Positions 12,830-23,945 of a stretch of DNA of 64,000 bases are shown here, one piece after another. The position numbers were made by a program, and so were the translations under genes. This DNA is from Sarea resinae. Its lineage: Eukaryota. The stretch is taken from positions 1-64,000 of the forward strand of contig JAPEUD010000086.1 of the NCBI GenBank assembly GCA_026026165.1, in the 5' to 3' direction. Under the pieces are notes generated by a model. It saw only the letters and a list, made by a program, of their open reading frames with translations, made no database searches and was not told where the DNA came from. Position 1 is the first letter of the stretch, and each line of letters opens with the position of its first letter.

Positions 12830-14450
12830 AGCCTGAGCCATATGGATGTCTCTGACACTACTGGTCTGATCTCGGATCTTGAGCGCCACTAGATACAGGG
12901 TCATTGCGTCACCGACACAGACACAAGCCATCAATCTCGAAGCTTTGGCGCCCATCTGGCCACCAACACCGTTGCGACCACGCAAGATGGCTTTCCGCGT
13001 GTTTTGTTGTGGGTCCGCACGATACAAGAAGATATCATCAATTATCGCGACCTTGACTCCAACTTTAGCGGGCACGTACACTTCCCTAGTTGGCTGCCCT
13101 AAAGACTTGCTTTAGATTGCCTTGGACTTAAGCACTCGCTGAGACGAGCTCACCTTGAAACTGGACTATAACCATTAGATAGACTCTAATAGTAGCGCCC
13201 TAATCTTTAATGCGTTTCTAGATTTGACTGTGGGCTAGCCACTTTAATACATTAAGATATCTGATTTTCCGCATATTGACTGATTCCTATGCGCCTAGTA
13301 GCCTAGCAATTTGAAGTCCGAAACTGCACAGTGAACTTGACGTCCTAGTTGATCCTGCAGATAGTTTGATTACGCTTTCGAACTATCAGCCTTTGTACCA
13401 CTCCGTTTCTGGTTATGTTCTGAAGAGAGACTGCTTTTAAGAGAAGTAGATAAGGCGAATTCAACGTGGCAGGCTCCGCTCTAGTCGAGGTCAAGTAAAA
13501 CTGTGGATCCGATTCAGGTGGCAACACGTAGGCCCATTCAACGAAGATCCCAAAGGTTCTGATCTCTGCAGCTACCGAGAACAATGCAGTATCTTCAGGA
13601 GGCCGCTCCTTCACACTGACGATAATCGTATCTATCAGGACATTCTCCTCGTCACGTTCCCAGCCCCACCGAAGGGCATCCGTCTAATTGAAGTTCATTA
13701 TGATCTTATAAGTACGATGCGATCGTAAGTCGGTCGCAGGTCAGCACGAGAAATGCATTTGCTGTCAAAGCACCATGGCGACCGCCCTCGTTCCTGGCAC
13801 TCTTTGCAGGTCGCTCCTTCAATAGTTCGGCCTTCTGTCTGGCAGCTAACTCCTTCTCTGTTACGTCTGTATTCAGGGTATTCAGGGTATCAAACCCTCT
13901 CTTGTAAACCTCCGTGCTCTTGTCAAGGGTTTGAAAGACGTCGTCGTCAGGGTATGTCTTCAAGGTCTCTTTGATGCGCTTGGAATTCTGTTGGTGCAGC
14001 CTACTTGATTCAAGGTTAACAGAACATGCAAAAGCGAACGACTGAGTTATTGGGTAGAGATTCGTTGCCATAATGACTCTTTGATCCAGGTTGTAAGTGA
14101 GAGGTACGTAAGTAGACTCGATTAGCTTTAAAGTAGGTGTCTCCGGTCTTGCTTGACGGTCGAACATTCACCACCAATTCACCCGCCTTAGAATCGAATA
14201 CTCTGTCAGTCTCTGATCTTCCTTCTTTGTACTGACTTCTGCTTTGGATCGCTCAGTATTCACCTCTGGTCAACACTTTCAGAGTCTTGTCATTCAACGT
14301 GTTCTCTTACAAGACTCTTATCTCCACTATTCGTTCTTTCAGTACTCACGCCGTTGAGTTCCTCTTTTCGACGGTCGATCTTATCTAGGTGGGACGTTTG
14401 CCCTCCTCCACTCTATATTGTACTTGACTGGTGACCCCACGCAAAGCAGG
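12830..14450 (-). pseudogene. Possible decayed multi-domain subtilisin (S8)-like gene
   Basis: VKVAIIDD (13057-13034) resembles the S8 catalytic-Asp motif V(A)(V/I)(I/L)DxG. GAKASRLMACVC..TLYLVAL resembles the HGTxMAxLI..LYVAR segment, with the His lost. Same-strand upstream ORF fragments (13345..13614, 13706..14167) contain stops. Confidence 0.3.
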
Positions 14451-15036
14451 CCCATGTTTTTGACTGCAGAAGGGCAGCAAACTTGGAGAAAATCCGTTAT
14501 GGCGAAGCTCATGAACAAAGGGCGGCCACACCACTTCCTCGATATCCGGCTGCCTTTTGTAAGGTTTGTCAGTGTCTAAATGCTGCCGCTGTGGACACCT
14601 CTATAAGAAGCATGGGAAATGAGCTGGCTTCGCGCGGGCTCTAGCCTCGCGCGTCTATCAACTACGGTTGAATCGGCTCGTCGCTGTCGCGGACGTCGTG
14701 GCGGCCCTCGCAGATTAGGGCTATATAGGAAAGCTGTCAAAATGCCTAACACAAAGAGCTTGGCTGACCAAATGCTCGATCCAGAATTCTTGGACTGGAC
14801 TATTTAAACCGCCTCTTTTTGGACAATCTAGGCCGATAGACTGATTGAATAGTAGTAGTAGCACTGTTAATACCGCCTGTGGTGATTGTCAATGTAATTC
14901 GAGATGCATGGAATAATGGTTCGGTGCCAACGGAGAAGGAAAGGAAAGTTGTTATATTGCTTATTGAAGATGAAATATTCCGACCCAAACAATCCCATCC
15001 AATCCATAATCGGCCGCGTGATATCTATACTCTATA

Positions 15037-16756
15037 CTACACGGGCGAAAGCCCATTGGAATCCGTCTTGAATCCATCCTTCTCCCGATCACTATCGCTC
15101 TTCATCGTCTCATCTCCCAGCTCGGTGCCCTCAAAGACAGCAGCGCCGCGGTACTCGTTGGCGGCATAGATCTCATCGGGCAGGACGGCGCGGTCGATCA
15201 TGGTCTCCGTAGGCGGGAAGCCATACGACAGCGCCAGATAGACGATAGCGGTGCCCGAGAAGCCCAGCAGCCAGCCGAACTGATACGGATGGACGCCGAC
15301 GCCGACGTGGATGTGGTGGTTGACCGAGTTGATGAAGCCGGGCAGATTCGGGGCGACGCCGACGACAAAGGCCGTGATGGCGCGCCAATTGATGCCGTGC
15401 CAGTAGCGGTAAATGCCGTCGGGCTGGTAGAGGGCCAGGGTGTCGTATTTGCGGCCGTGAATGAGCCAGTAGTCGAAGAGCATGATGGCGGCGATGGGGC
15501 CGAGGAAGACGCTGTAGGCAGACATGAAGTTGAGGAAATTGCCGGCCGACTCGAGAATCTTCCAGGGCACGAGGGCCCACGACAGGATGGCGCAGATGAG
15601 CTGGCCGCGGCGGATGTTGACGTACGACGGGAAGAGCGCGGCAAGATCGTTGGCGGCGCTGAGCGAGTTGGCCGAGATGTTGACGCCGAGAGAGGCCAGG
15701 GCGAACGAAAAGGCGCCAAAGAACCGACACGCGCGGCTGTCCCAGTGCGCGATCAAAGCCATGGGGTCCCACAGTAGGGTTCCGTATTTGACGGCGCCGG
15801 CGGACGAAGCGGCGATGCCGATAAAGGCTATAAAGGTGAAGACGATGGGCAGCATGGGCACGTAGAGCAATTGCCATTTGACGCTGACGTGAGAGTATCT
15901 CGAGAAGTCGGCCTGAACCGGTTTAGTAATCTAGTCAATTTCAAAAATCGCAATCTGCTTTGCTCACTTGGTTCACACTCAGGGTCGCGTAGTTTCCGAT
16001 GACCGAGGTCATGCTCGACAGGAAAGCCCAGCTGTAAGCGGATCCATGAATCGTAGCGTGTTGGTCAAAGATGTCTCCACCTCCACCGCCCGTGGACACG
16101 AATGCCCAGATGAGGATGGCGATCCAGGCGATCGGAACCACGATCGACTTGACCATGAAGAGCCATCTGAGATTGTTCGGGTGCATGTACAGGAACGGCA
16201 GCTGCAGCAGCCAGAAGATGACAAAGGCGACCATGGTGTTGGTCGTGATGCCTTGGTTGGCGGGGATGTGGTTGGGCAGCCTCAGGAAGCTGGGCCAGAT
16301 GGCTCCGAGCATGACGCGCACGGCATTGGCGCCGTTCATGGTCTGGATGGCGAACCAGAAGACGGCCAGGATGACGCGCGACACAATGGCGACGTAGGAG
16401 CCCCAGAAGCCCCAGCTCGCGCGCGACAGGACGGGGAACGAGGTGTGATGGATGACGCCCGTGGCGCCATTAAAGGAAATGACGATGGAGATGATGAAGA
16501 AGCCGACGGCGACGATGGCGAGCGATTCGCGGTAGGTCAGGCCGATGGCGATGATGCTGCTGGCGAACTGCCAGGTGGCCGCGTTGAAGGCGTCGGAGAT
16601 CCAGTAGGCGATGAAGCTCCAGACGCCCCATTTGCGATCCTTGGGCGGGATCGGGTCGAGGTCCTTGTTGGTCCATCGGCCGTGGCCCTCTGCAAAGGCC
16701 GAATGCGACTGTTCGACCTTGAGGCGATCCCACGACTTGGGGGGCGACCACTTCAT
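15037..16756 (-). CDS. NCS1-family nucleobase cation symporter (Fur4/Dal4-like uracil/allantoin permease); intron 15913-15967
   Basis: Motifs WTNKDLDP, YWISDAFN, RASWGFWGS, NQ|ADFSRY, NISANS, PWKIL; multiple hydrophobic helices. Confidence 0.95.
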
Positions 16757-16882
16757 GACGGCGAGGTGTATCGTAGGTGTGTTGTTGTTGATGGGCCAGA
16801 GTCAGGTAAGAACCAGAAGAGCACTTCATGCCCACCCATCGACCGACCTCTCTGGCATGGCTGCCATGGATGGGTAGGGCTG

Positions 16883-17047
16883 CGTTATCGTCGATGGTGT
16901 GAACCCGGCGCCCGGCGCCCAGCAAGGGACGACCATCGCGTTCCCATAATGGTAATGGTATCGCTGGTATCGCTGGTATCAATGCTATCACTTGGCTGGC
17001 TGCACGAGAGATAAGAAGAAGAGTGTCAGCCACTTTACCCGTTATCA
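16883..17047. promoter_or_regulatory. Cluster of GATA/TATC elements upstream of the NCS1 permease (candidate AreA/NIT2 sites)
   Basis: TGGTATC(GC) x3 (16956-16980), plus TATC at ~16886, 16986 and 17043, and GATAAG at 17010. Confidence 0.45.
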
Positions 17048-17506
17048 GCACGGGCTGGACCTATGAGAGAGCCGGGGCGTCCTCTCGATCAAGGATGCCA
17101 CGCGAGCTCACAGCTCAGCTGTAGGCCCATCTCTGTATCGCCATCATGCCATTTGATCGATAGCCAGACAAACAGTGCACGCCCTGTTGCCGCAATCGAG
17201 GTCAATTGATCTGGATCACGAGATCTCGACAATTGACACTGGAAGATTAGTCCGATGAAGCGCTTTCGTGGTGGTAGAGAGTAGGACGAGGGGAAGGGAG
17301 GCTGGACTAGCTGGGCGCTAAGATGGTGGAGCTGAACCCCTCGAACCCTGACTACGGTGGCCCAAGGGACGTCAGCATGTCCCGCTTTGTTTCCCCAGAG
17401 ACGCCATCACCGCCGGCGTCCCCTGGCCAGGGCAGCCCTGACCCCGCCATCCGCCGTCATCGACCTCAGCAAGATCAATTGATTGCGCCCATTGCGTCTC
17501 TCGAGC

Positions 17507-19558
17507 ATGGCCGAACCTCCCGAGAACCCCTTGCTCGCCGCTCTGCCTCCAGCCACCGACTACCTCACCTATCTCACCCTGCTCGAGTACAACCTCACGC
17601 CCGACCTTCTCCCGACCCTGCACGACGTCCTCCAGAACCAGGAGCTGACCACGAATATTGGCTGGGACCTGGTCCATCTGCTGCTTCCATTGCTCCCGGC
17701 GTCCGACCAATGTCTTCAGGATGTCGCCAAGCTGGGCAATCCGCGCGAAGTGGTCCTGAAGGTCACCGAGGCATTGCGAGAGCTCGACGTGGATGCTGCC
17801 CCGACACCTGCCTCCGAGGACCAGCTTGACAAAAAGACCTCAGCCCTTCCACAACCCATCCTGCAGTTCACCACATTGGTGTCTCTCCTCTCGATCCTTC
17901 ATTCCCGCATCAAGACGAAATACCCCAGCCGATTCCTCTCCACCTCACTCCAGGCCGTCCTCAAAGCCTACACGGAGATCCCCACACAAGAAACAACCTC
18001 TGCCGTCCTTCAGTTCGTCAAAGACATATCCGGCCACAAACGGCCATCATTACCCCCTCGCCTCAGCAACAGAGACATTCCGGCCGCGTCCTTGGAGTCT
18101 TCGGCTCCTGATCCCGAGGCCGCACCCGAGGCCCCCTCGGCGGAAGAGTCGGCTCTTCAGAACCGATTGCTTCAGTCATTCGTGACGCATGTGCTGGAGG
18201 ACTACGTGCTCTCGTTCGGCTCGGACGAAGATTACCCGGGGCTGGCTTGGACGAGTCGATTGCAGGAGCGGGCACACCCAGAGAAGATGGTGCCGGGAAA
18301 GGTTGAGTACGGTATCAAATTCACGCAGGACGAGTCCCTCAAAGCGAGGGAGGTCATGGTGGGCCAAATCAGAGTAAGTCTAGGCTGAACGTTCTCATTG
18401 GATTTTGCTGATCATTCAGTCCCTGGCGCGCGAAGTCGACGTCGACGCCGAGGAGCTTCTTCGGACTGTTAAGCAACCGGAGATTGAATCGCTGGCGCCG
18501 TCCGAAGAAGATGACCCGCCGCTTTCGGTGGAAGAGATTCCGCTTTCGAAGATTGGCGCCACTTTTCTCCTCTGCGCCCAGAAAGTCGCCGGCTCTCTCT
18601 TCGATTCGGAAGCGCCGGCCCCGACGGTCTCGATCTTCCCCGATCATGCCTTGATCGTCAAGAATCTGATTGGCGTAGAGGCCGGAGGAGGCATGAGCAG
18701 TGCGGGCACAGAGCCGCTGGCCGTCATCGATGCGGTGCTGGCATTAGGCATCATGGCGTTGAATGACGGGCGAATCGGCCAGCCGATCGATGACGAGGAG
18801 TTCACGCAATATCTCCAGGTATTTACCTCGTCGCTTGTAGCTGTTCTCTTGCTGATGCCTGAATGTAGACGCTCTCGCTGTTGGCCGCAAATACGCCGTC
18901 ATCTGCTCTGCGCTACCACGCCTACACGCTCACATCGGAGATTCTCCACTCTCACCCTTCAGATGTGGTCCGTCTCGCCTTCATCCGGGACACGCTCGAG
19001 CACTGTCCGTACGAAAACCTCAAAGCGTGCGCCGTCACCTGGACTAAGGACGAGATACTAGCGGCCAACAAAAACGGCCCGATCACAAGTAATCCCCAAA
19101 CCGACCCCTCCGTCTTCGCCACCCCCGTCGCCCTCGACACCCTCGCGCCCTTTCTTTTCCCGGCCCTCGACGCCGAGTACTCACTCTCAGGCGACAATAG
19201 CAGTAAGGACAACGACGCCAGCCCGCTCTCGGGGCAATGGGGCACGTTCAAGGCGCAGCTATCGCTCTACCTGACCACGCTGAACTTTTACTATCTCGTG
19301 CTCGCGTCACGGCCTCTGCATGCCGCGCTCGGCGTGCCGCATCTGCATGCGCGCCACGACGTCGCGGGCACGTATCTTGCGCCGCTGCGCCAGGCATCCA
19401 GCCGGTTCCGTGCGGCGCTGCGGCCCACAGAGGGAGATGGAGGTGGCGGGGGGTCCTTAGTCGGCGAGGAAGGCGGCGAGAGCGGCGCTGCGATGGCGGC
19501 GGCCGAGTTGGATCTTCTCGACGATGTTTTGGCGCGGATTGGGGGGGTGGAGTGGTAG
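17507..19558 (+). CDS. YAP-binding/ALF4/glomulin family protein (Ybp1/2-like); 3 exons
   Basis: N-terminus LPPATDYLTYLTLLEY..LTTNIGWDLV, GNPREV, RIKTKYPSRFL, DTLEHCPYENLK. Introns 18374-18419 and 18819-18868. Confidence 0.85.
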
Positions 19559-19868
19559 TGGTAGTGCAGTTAGTGCAGTGCTCGCAATGAGAGTGATAGT
19601 GCGGTGGTAGTGCCCTGGTAGTGGTAGTGGTGGCGGTAGTAGTAAGGGAGGATAAGAGACCACTTCTAGGACAACGATCAGGCTTGAAGAGTCGAAGTTA
19701 AATCCATCATCTCCTTTTCAAAAACATAGATGTGTGAGATGTCCTCGTTTGCTGAGAGATGCTGAGATGCAGCTCATAGCTAGACCAATAGAGAATCAGG
19801 TAAAAAGAAACAGATCGTCGATCGACAGATCAACACACCAATAAACAAACAAAACGATCCGCCATCTC

Positions 19869-19985
19869 TACCAACCAACCAACCAACCAATCAAGTATAT
19901 ATACAGCTCCCAAGCCAAGCCAACATAGCTAACTGCTCCATGCGAGAAACCCAACCCCCAACCCACAACCCACAACCCACAAACC
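19869..19985. repeat. (ACCA)n and (CCCACAA)n microsatellites
   Basis: Direct reading. Confidence 0.8.
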
Positions 19986-21518
19986 AAAAGGCCAGAAAAC
20001 CTTTCGCTCTAAGCTCTACTCCTCCCTCCTATCTCGCTCCTCATCTGTCGGGATCGGTACGCAGGTACGTAAGCTACCTCACGCTACCTAAACTACCTTA
20101 CCATTTTTGCTGAGGCGGGTAAGGGCCGGACTTTTTCTTCTTCTTTAAGGTTCTTCTTACTGTTCAAGTAGATGCAGGAAGCGGAAGCAGAAGGAGAGGC
20201 AGAAGCAGGAGTGGAAGCGGATATTATGCTGGCTTGGGAGATGAGAAGTCTGTCTCTTCTGCGGAGATGTGTGTTGGGCTAGATCTACACGTGTATATAG
20301 AGATAGATCTAGAGAAAGAGAGACTAGATTTGATAGACTAGACCAGACTACACCGGTCAAAGAGAGCCTAGGGAAGAAAAGGGAAAGTCGTGTACAAAAG
20401 AAAGTTCATAGATAAAATAGGTGATTCATCAAGTGAGTGAGTGATTCAGCAAGTGAGTGAGTAACTCAATAAATAAGATAACCTTGGCAGGTAAATAGGT
20501 AGGTAAGTGAAAAAGAGTGGAAGAAATAGAAGATGAAACAGAAAGAAAAGGAAACAGGGTTAGAAACAGAAGCCCTATCGCAGTTATCGTGATCCCCCCT
20601 CCCCCTCCTCCCCCCTTTCCACGCTTAGCGATTATCCACGTAGAGACATCTGTGTCCGAATCCCACGACGGGAGAGAGCTACTGCAAGCACATGCACGAC
20701 CCGTGTCCACGGACTCAAGGGTAAAGAAATAGAACCATCGCTTCCGGCCAACGAGTAATGCATCATTTCACCAAATCAACCAGATAGAAATACCCCCATT
20801 TGTTATTCGCGTTTGTCTCATCCGCCCGAGAATCCTCCAGGGTTCGTGCACGTGTCTTGGCTCATTTGAAGTGAGCTGAGGACGGCTGGTTTGGACTGCG
20901 AGTTGAGTTGAGCTGAGCTGTGTCGTCATTGTCGGGTCGCGAGTTGGCGGTTCGACAGGAGAGCTTGAGCCTGTTGGACGTTTGACGAAAGACGACAGAT
21001 GGCAGACGGCAGACGGCAGGGACCGGACTAGCATAGCGGAGGAAGAGCAAGAAGACGCAGGGAAAAGAGGATGACTCGTCGAGCTGGTGAGCGGAGGAAA
21101 AAGACCTGAAGACTTTCGGGCAATGGCATAGTCGGCAACAGTCGAGACGGGGCGGGCACGGAAGACAGAAAGACGAGTTTTGTTTTTGTGTTTTCTTTTG
21201 GTTGGCTGGCTGGTTGACTCGTCGGTCGATGGATTGATAAGAGTGCTGGCTGTTACTGAGTTGCTTGATTGGCAGGTGCAGGCGCAGGCGTAGGCGACGC
21301 GCAAGACAGTGACGAAGGCCATCTAGGCCGAGGAGAACGAGATCATGAACGAAATCGTCGACGCAGGAGAGCTAGACGTGTCGGACGTAGAGAAAGTTGC
21401 AGTCGTGGGTTTGAACAGAGACATGGACGCAGATGAGCAACAAGAAAGAGACGGAGACGTGGACGCAGACTCAGGATCCAGGAGTCGGACGTCGGATAGG
21501 GGCGGCGCTGTCAGGGCT

Positions 21519-21845
21519 CTACATGACAGAGCAGTTGGTGCCCTCGTAGCCGACTGTTGAGAGGGTATTGGTTAGCTTAGATTCTTCTAACGTGTATATA
21601 TCTCTTCAGGCTAGGGATCCTGATGATTCAAAGTGACACTCGACGACAAATTGAAGATCAATCTCATGTCATCTGTTTGTCGCGGCTCCTCAGGTCTCAA
21701 AAGACAAAAAATGCGCAACACCAAAAGAAAAAGGGGAAAACGTACTTCGGCGCTCAGCAACCTGCTCCGGGACTTCGTCCTGGGTGGCGCCTGTCTTGGT
21801 GACGGCGGCCACGGTGGGGTTGTTGAGAAGGGTAGTGGGAAGCAT
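21519..21845 (-). CDS. Putative a-factor-like (CAAX, prenylated) mating pheromone precursor, 44 aa: MLPTTLLNNPTVAAVTKTGATQDEVPEQVAERRIGYEGTNCSVM
   Basis: Exon 21845-21746, intron 21745-21554 (GTACGT...GCTAAC...CAG), exon 21553-21519 ending C-S-V-M-stop. 5'UTR intron 21935-21872 (GTACGT..ACTAAC..CAG). TATAAA at 22040-22035. Confidence 0.8.
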
Positions 21846-22034
21846 GATGAAAATTGGATTGGTTAGGGAGTCTGGTAATTGGTGAGAGGAGTGTTAGTTT
21901 ACCAGGAGAAAAGCGAGGGAAGGTGAGAGACGTACTGTTGATTGTAAAAATTGATAGAAGCAAGTAAAGTAGAGTGAAAGTGAATTGATTTGATGATGAT
22001 TCAAAAGATCCGATCCAGCGGATGCGAGGGCGTC

Positions 22035-22060
22035 TTTATAAGAACCCTGATGACTGAAAC
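22035..22060 (-). promoter_or_regulatory. TATA box and adjacent PRE-like TGAAAC of the small CAAX gene
   Basis: TATAAA on the minus strand at 22035-22040; TGAAAC at 22055-22060 on the plus strand. Confidence 0.5.
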
Positions 22061-23945
22061 GAGGCAGAAGTAAAAGATGGAGGATAGAGGCAACTTACGA
22101 CTGAGGTATGGAGAGAGAAGAGTAAGAAAGGGTTAGAGGTGGAGTGGTTAGATTGGGTTGGGTAGCGTCGGACTTCGAAGAGAGATGGATAGAGCTTGAG
22201 ACGTCGGCGAAGATGATAATGTTAGTGGAGGTGGATATGCAGACGATGGTATTGTTGTCGTGCTTACTATTGTAATTTGGTGGCTTTGTTTCTTTCTTTC
22301 TCTCTCGAGAGAGGCTTGAGGCTTGACCGTAAGGCTCAAGGCTAAGGCAAAGGGCTTAGGGCTAGAGCTGTCAGAGAAATTCGCAAGCTAGAATAAGAGG
22401 TCGATTTGTAATACCAGTAAGAGTTGCTTGATATTGTTGTGTATTTGCTTTCGAGATTCGTTCTTCTTTCTTTCTTCGAGAATGGCAAAGTTTAGTGGTT
22501 GGTAGATGTAAGAGAGAAGGAGAAAGAAAGAAGAAGCGGCCGTAAGACGGGTTTTTATACAGTGATATCGGGAGTTATGAGGGTGACGGGAGCGATGACT
22601 GTGATGAGTATGACGACTATATTGTGAGGAAATGTGAGGAAATGTGACGTGAATTGTAATGGGAGAACACAATCATCTCGATCACCGCGGCAGTCACAGC
22701 GATAAATCCCAAAGTGAAGTCTGAATGTGGCCGGAGTCGGCGTTTGAATCCTAAAAGATAGATATCACAAACACGCATGATAGAAGAGTAGATCACAACG
22801 CATCCGTACTATTGCCTGCGAGAGGTGAATAGTGCTCATTCATGAGTGGGAAAGTTCACACAGACAGATTTGCGCATGAGTCAAAGCCACGGCAGAATGG
22901 TCGTGCATCGCAGAAAAAAGCGCTTGGCAGTGGAATACTTCGAGAAGAAAGCATCGAAAAGAACAACCTATGGAGAAGAATACATCTCCAAACAATAGTA
23001 AGACCTCATTCTTTATCTCAACCACAGCCCGCCACAGCGCTCGGTCATTCCTCCTAAACCGAAAAGATAAAAAACAAAACAGCGTAGCTCTTACGCCCGA
23101 ATAACAAAGATCAACCCAAATTCCACGACCATGCAAATCCAGACGCAAAGTTATCCAGGTCGAGACCACGACGCCGGTGCCGGCGCTTACAAGACTCGAG
23201 ACAGATATCGAGTCAGAGCCACAAATCAAGCACCCGGAACATTATCAACTGAGCGGGAGAAAGAGGGAGAGGAAGAGAATGACGCATCATTGTAACAGAG
23301 ACACCGAACCCAAATGCCTCCACTTACCATGCATTTATTTGATCTATCAAAGACCTCACAGCCTCAAGGTGTTGATTCACCCTTACGAGCCAACCGATCA
23401 ACAATCAAACCGCCTGAAAATAACGCAACGTCAAGCAAGACCCTAATCCGAGCATGACCCAAGCCAGAGCCAGAGCCAAAGACAGAGACAGACTGCGAGG
23501 CCATCCTTCCCTGCGGAGGGTATACTGTATGCCCACCAACGGGCACAGCACGCAGCAAGACACCATCACGTCTTTGGCTTCAATTCCCGGAAAAAGGATA
23601 GTCCTATCATTTCCATCTTGTCGATTGGAACGGTGATAGGGACGTCGGATGGAGGTTGAACCGCTCTCTTAGTATTGTTCTCGACATCAACAATACGGAC
23701 GACATGACGGCGCGCTAAGGTTAGCTCGCCCCGCCACAACCGAGCTGGCGCGCGACCTGCAGACTACTCCGCGAAGGTGGGTTACTACTAGTACATATGG
23801 ATACGAGTATTCAAACATCACGAACAACAATAATCATCACCCTACAGAACAATAGCAGGGCGGAATCAATCGACCAGTCGACATGATAAGAATGAGCCCG
23901 GTAATCTCGTAGATTGCATAAATCGTCAACACCACGTAAGAGGAA

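Noticed and set aside
12347..13081. 244-aa ORF as a single gene
   Set aside because: Appears to be a chance fusion of an S8-like relic with the first exon of the retropepsin-like pseudogene.
15968..17014. 348-aa plus-strand ORF and other overlapping ORFs
   Set aside because: Antisense or frame shadows of the NCS1 permease.
20768..21560. ORFs 20768..21322 (-) and 21345..21560 (+)
   Set aside because: Low-complexity and repeat-derived; lie in or antisense to the probable 3'UTR of the CAAX gene.
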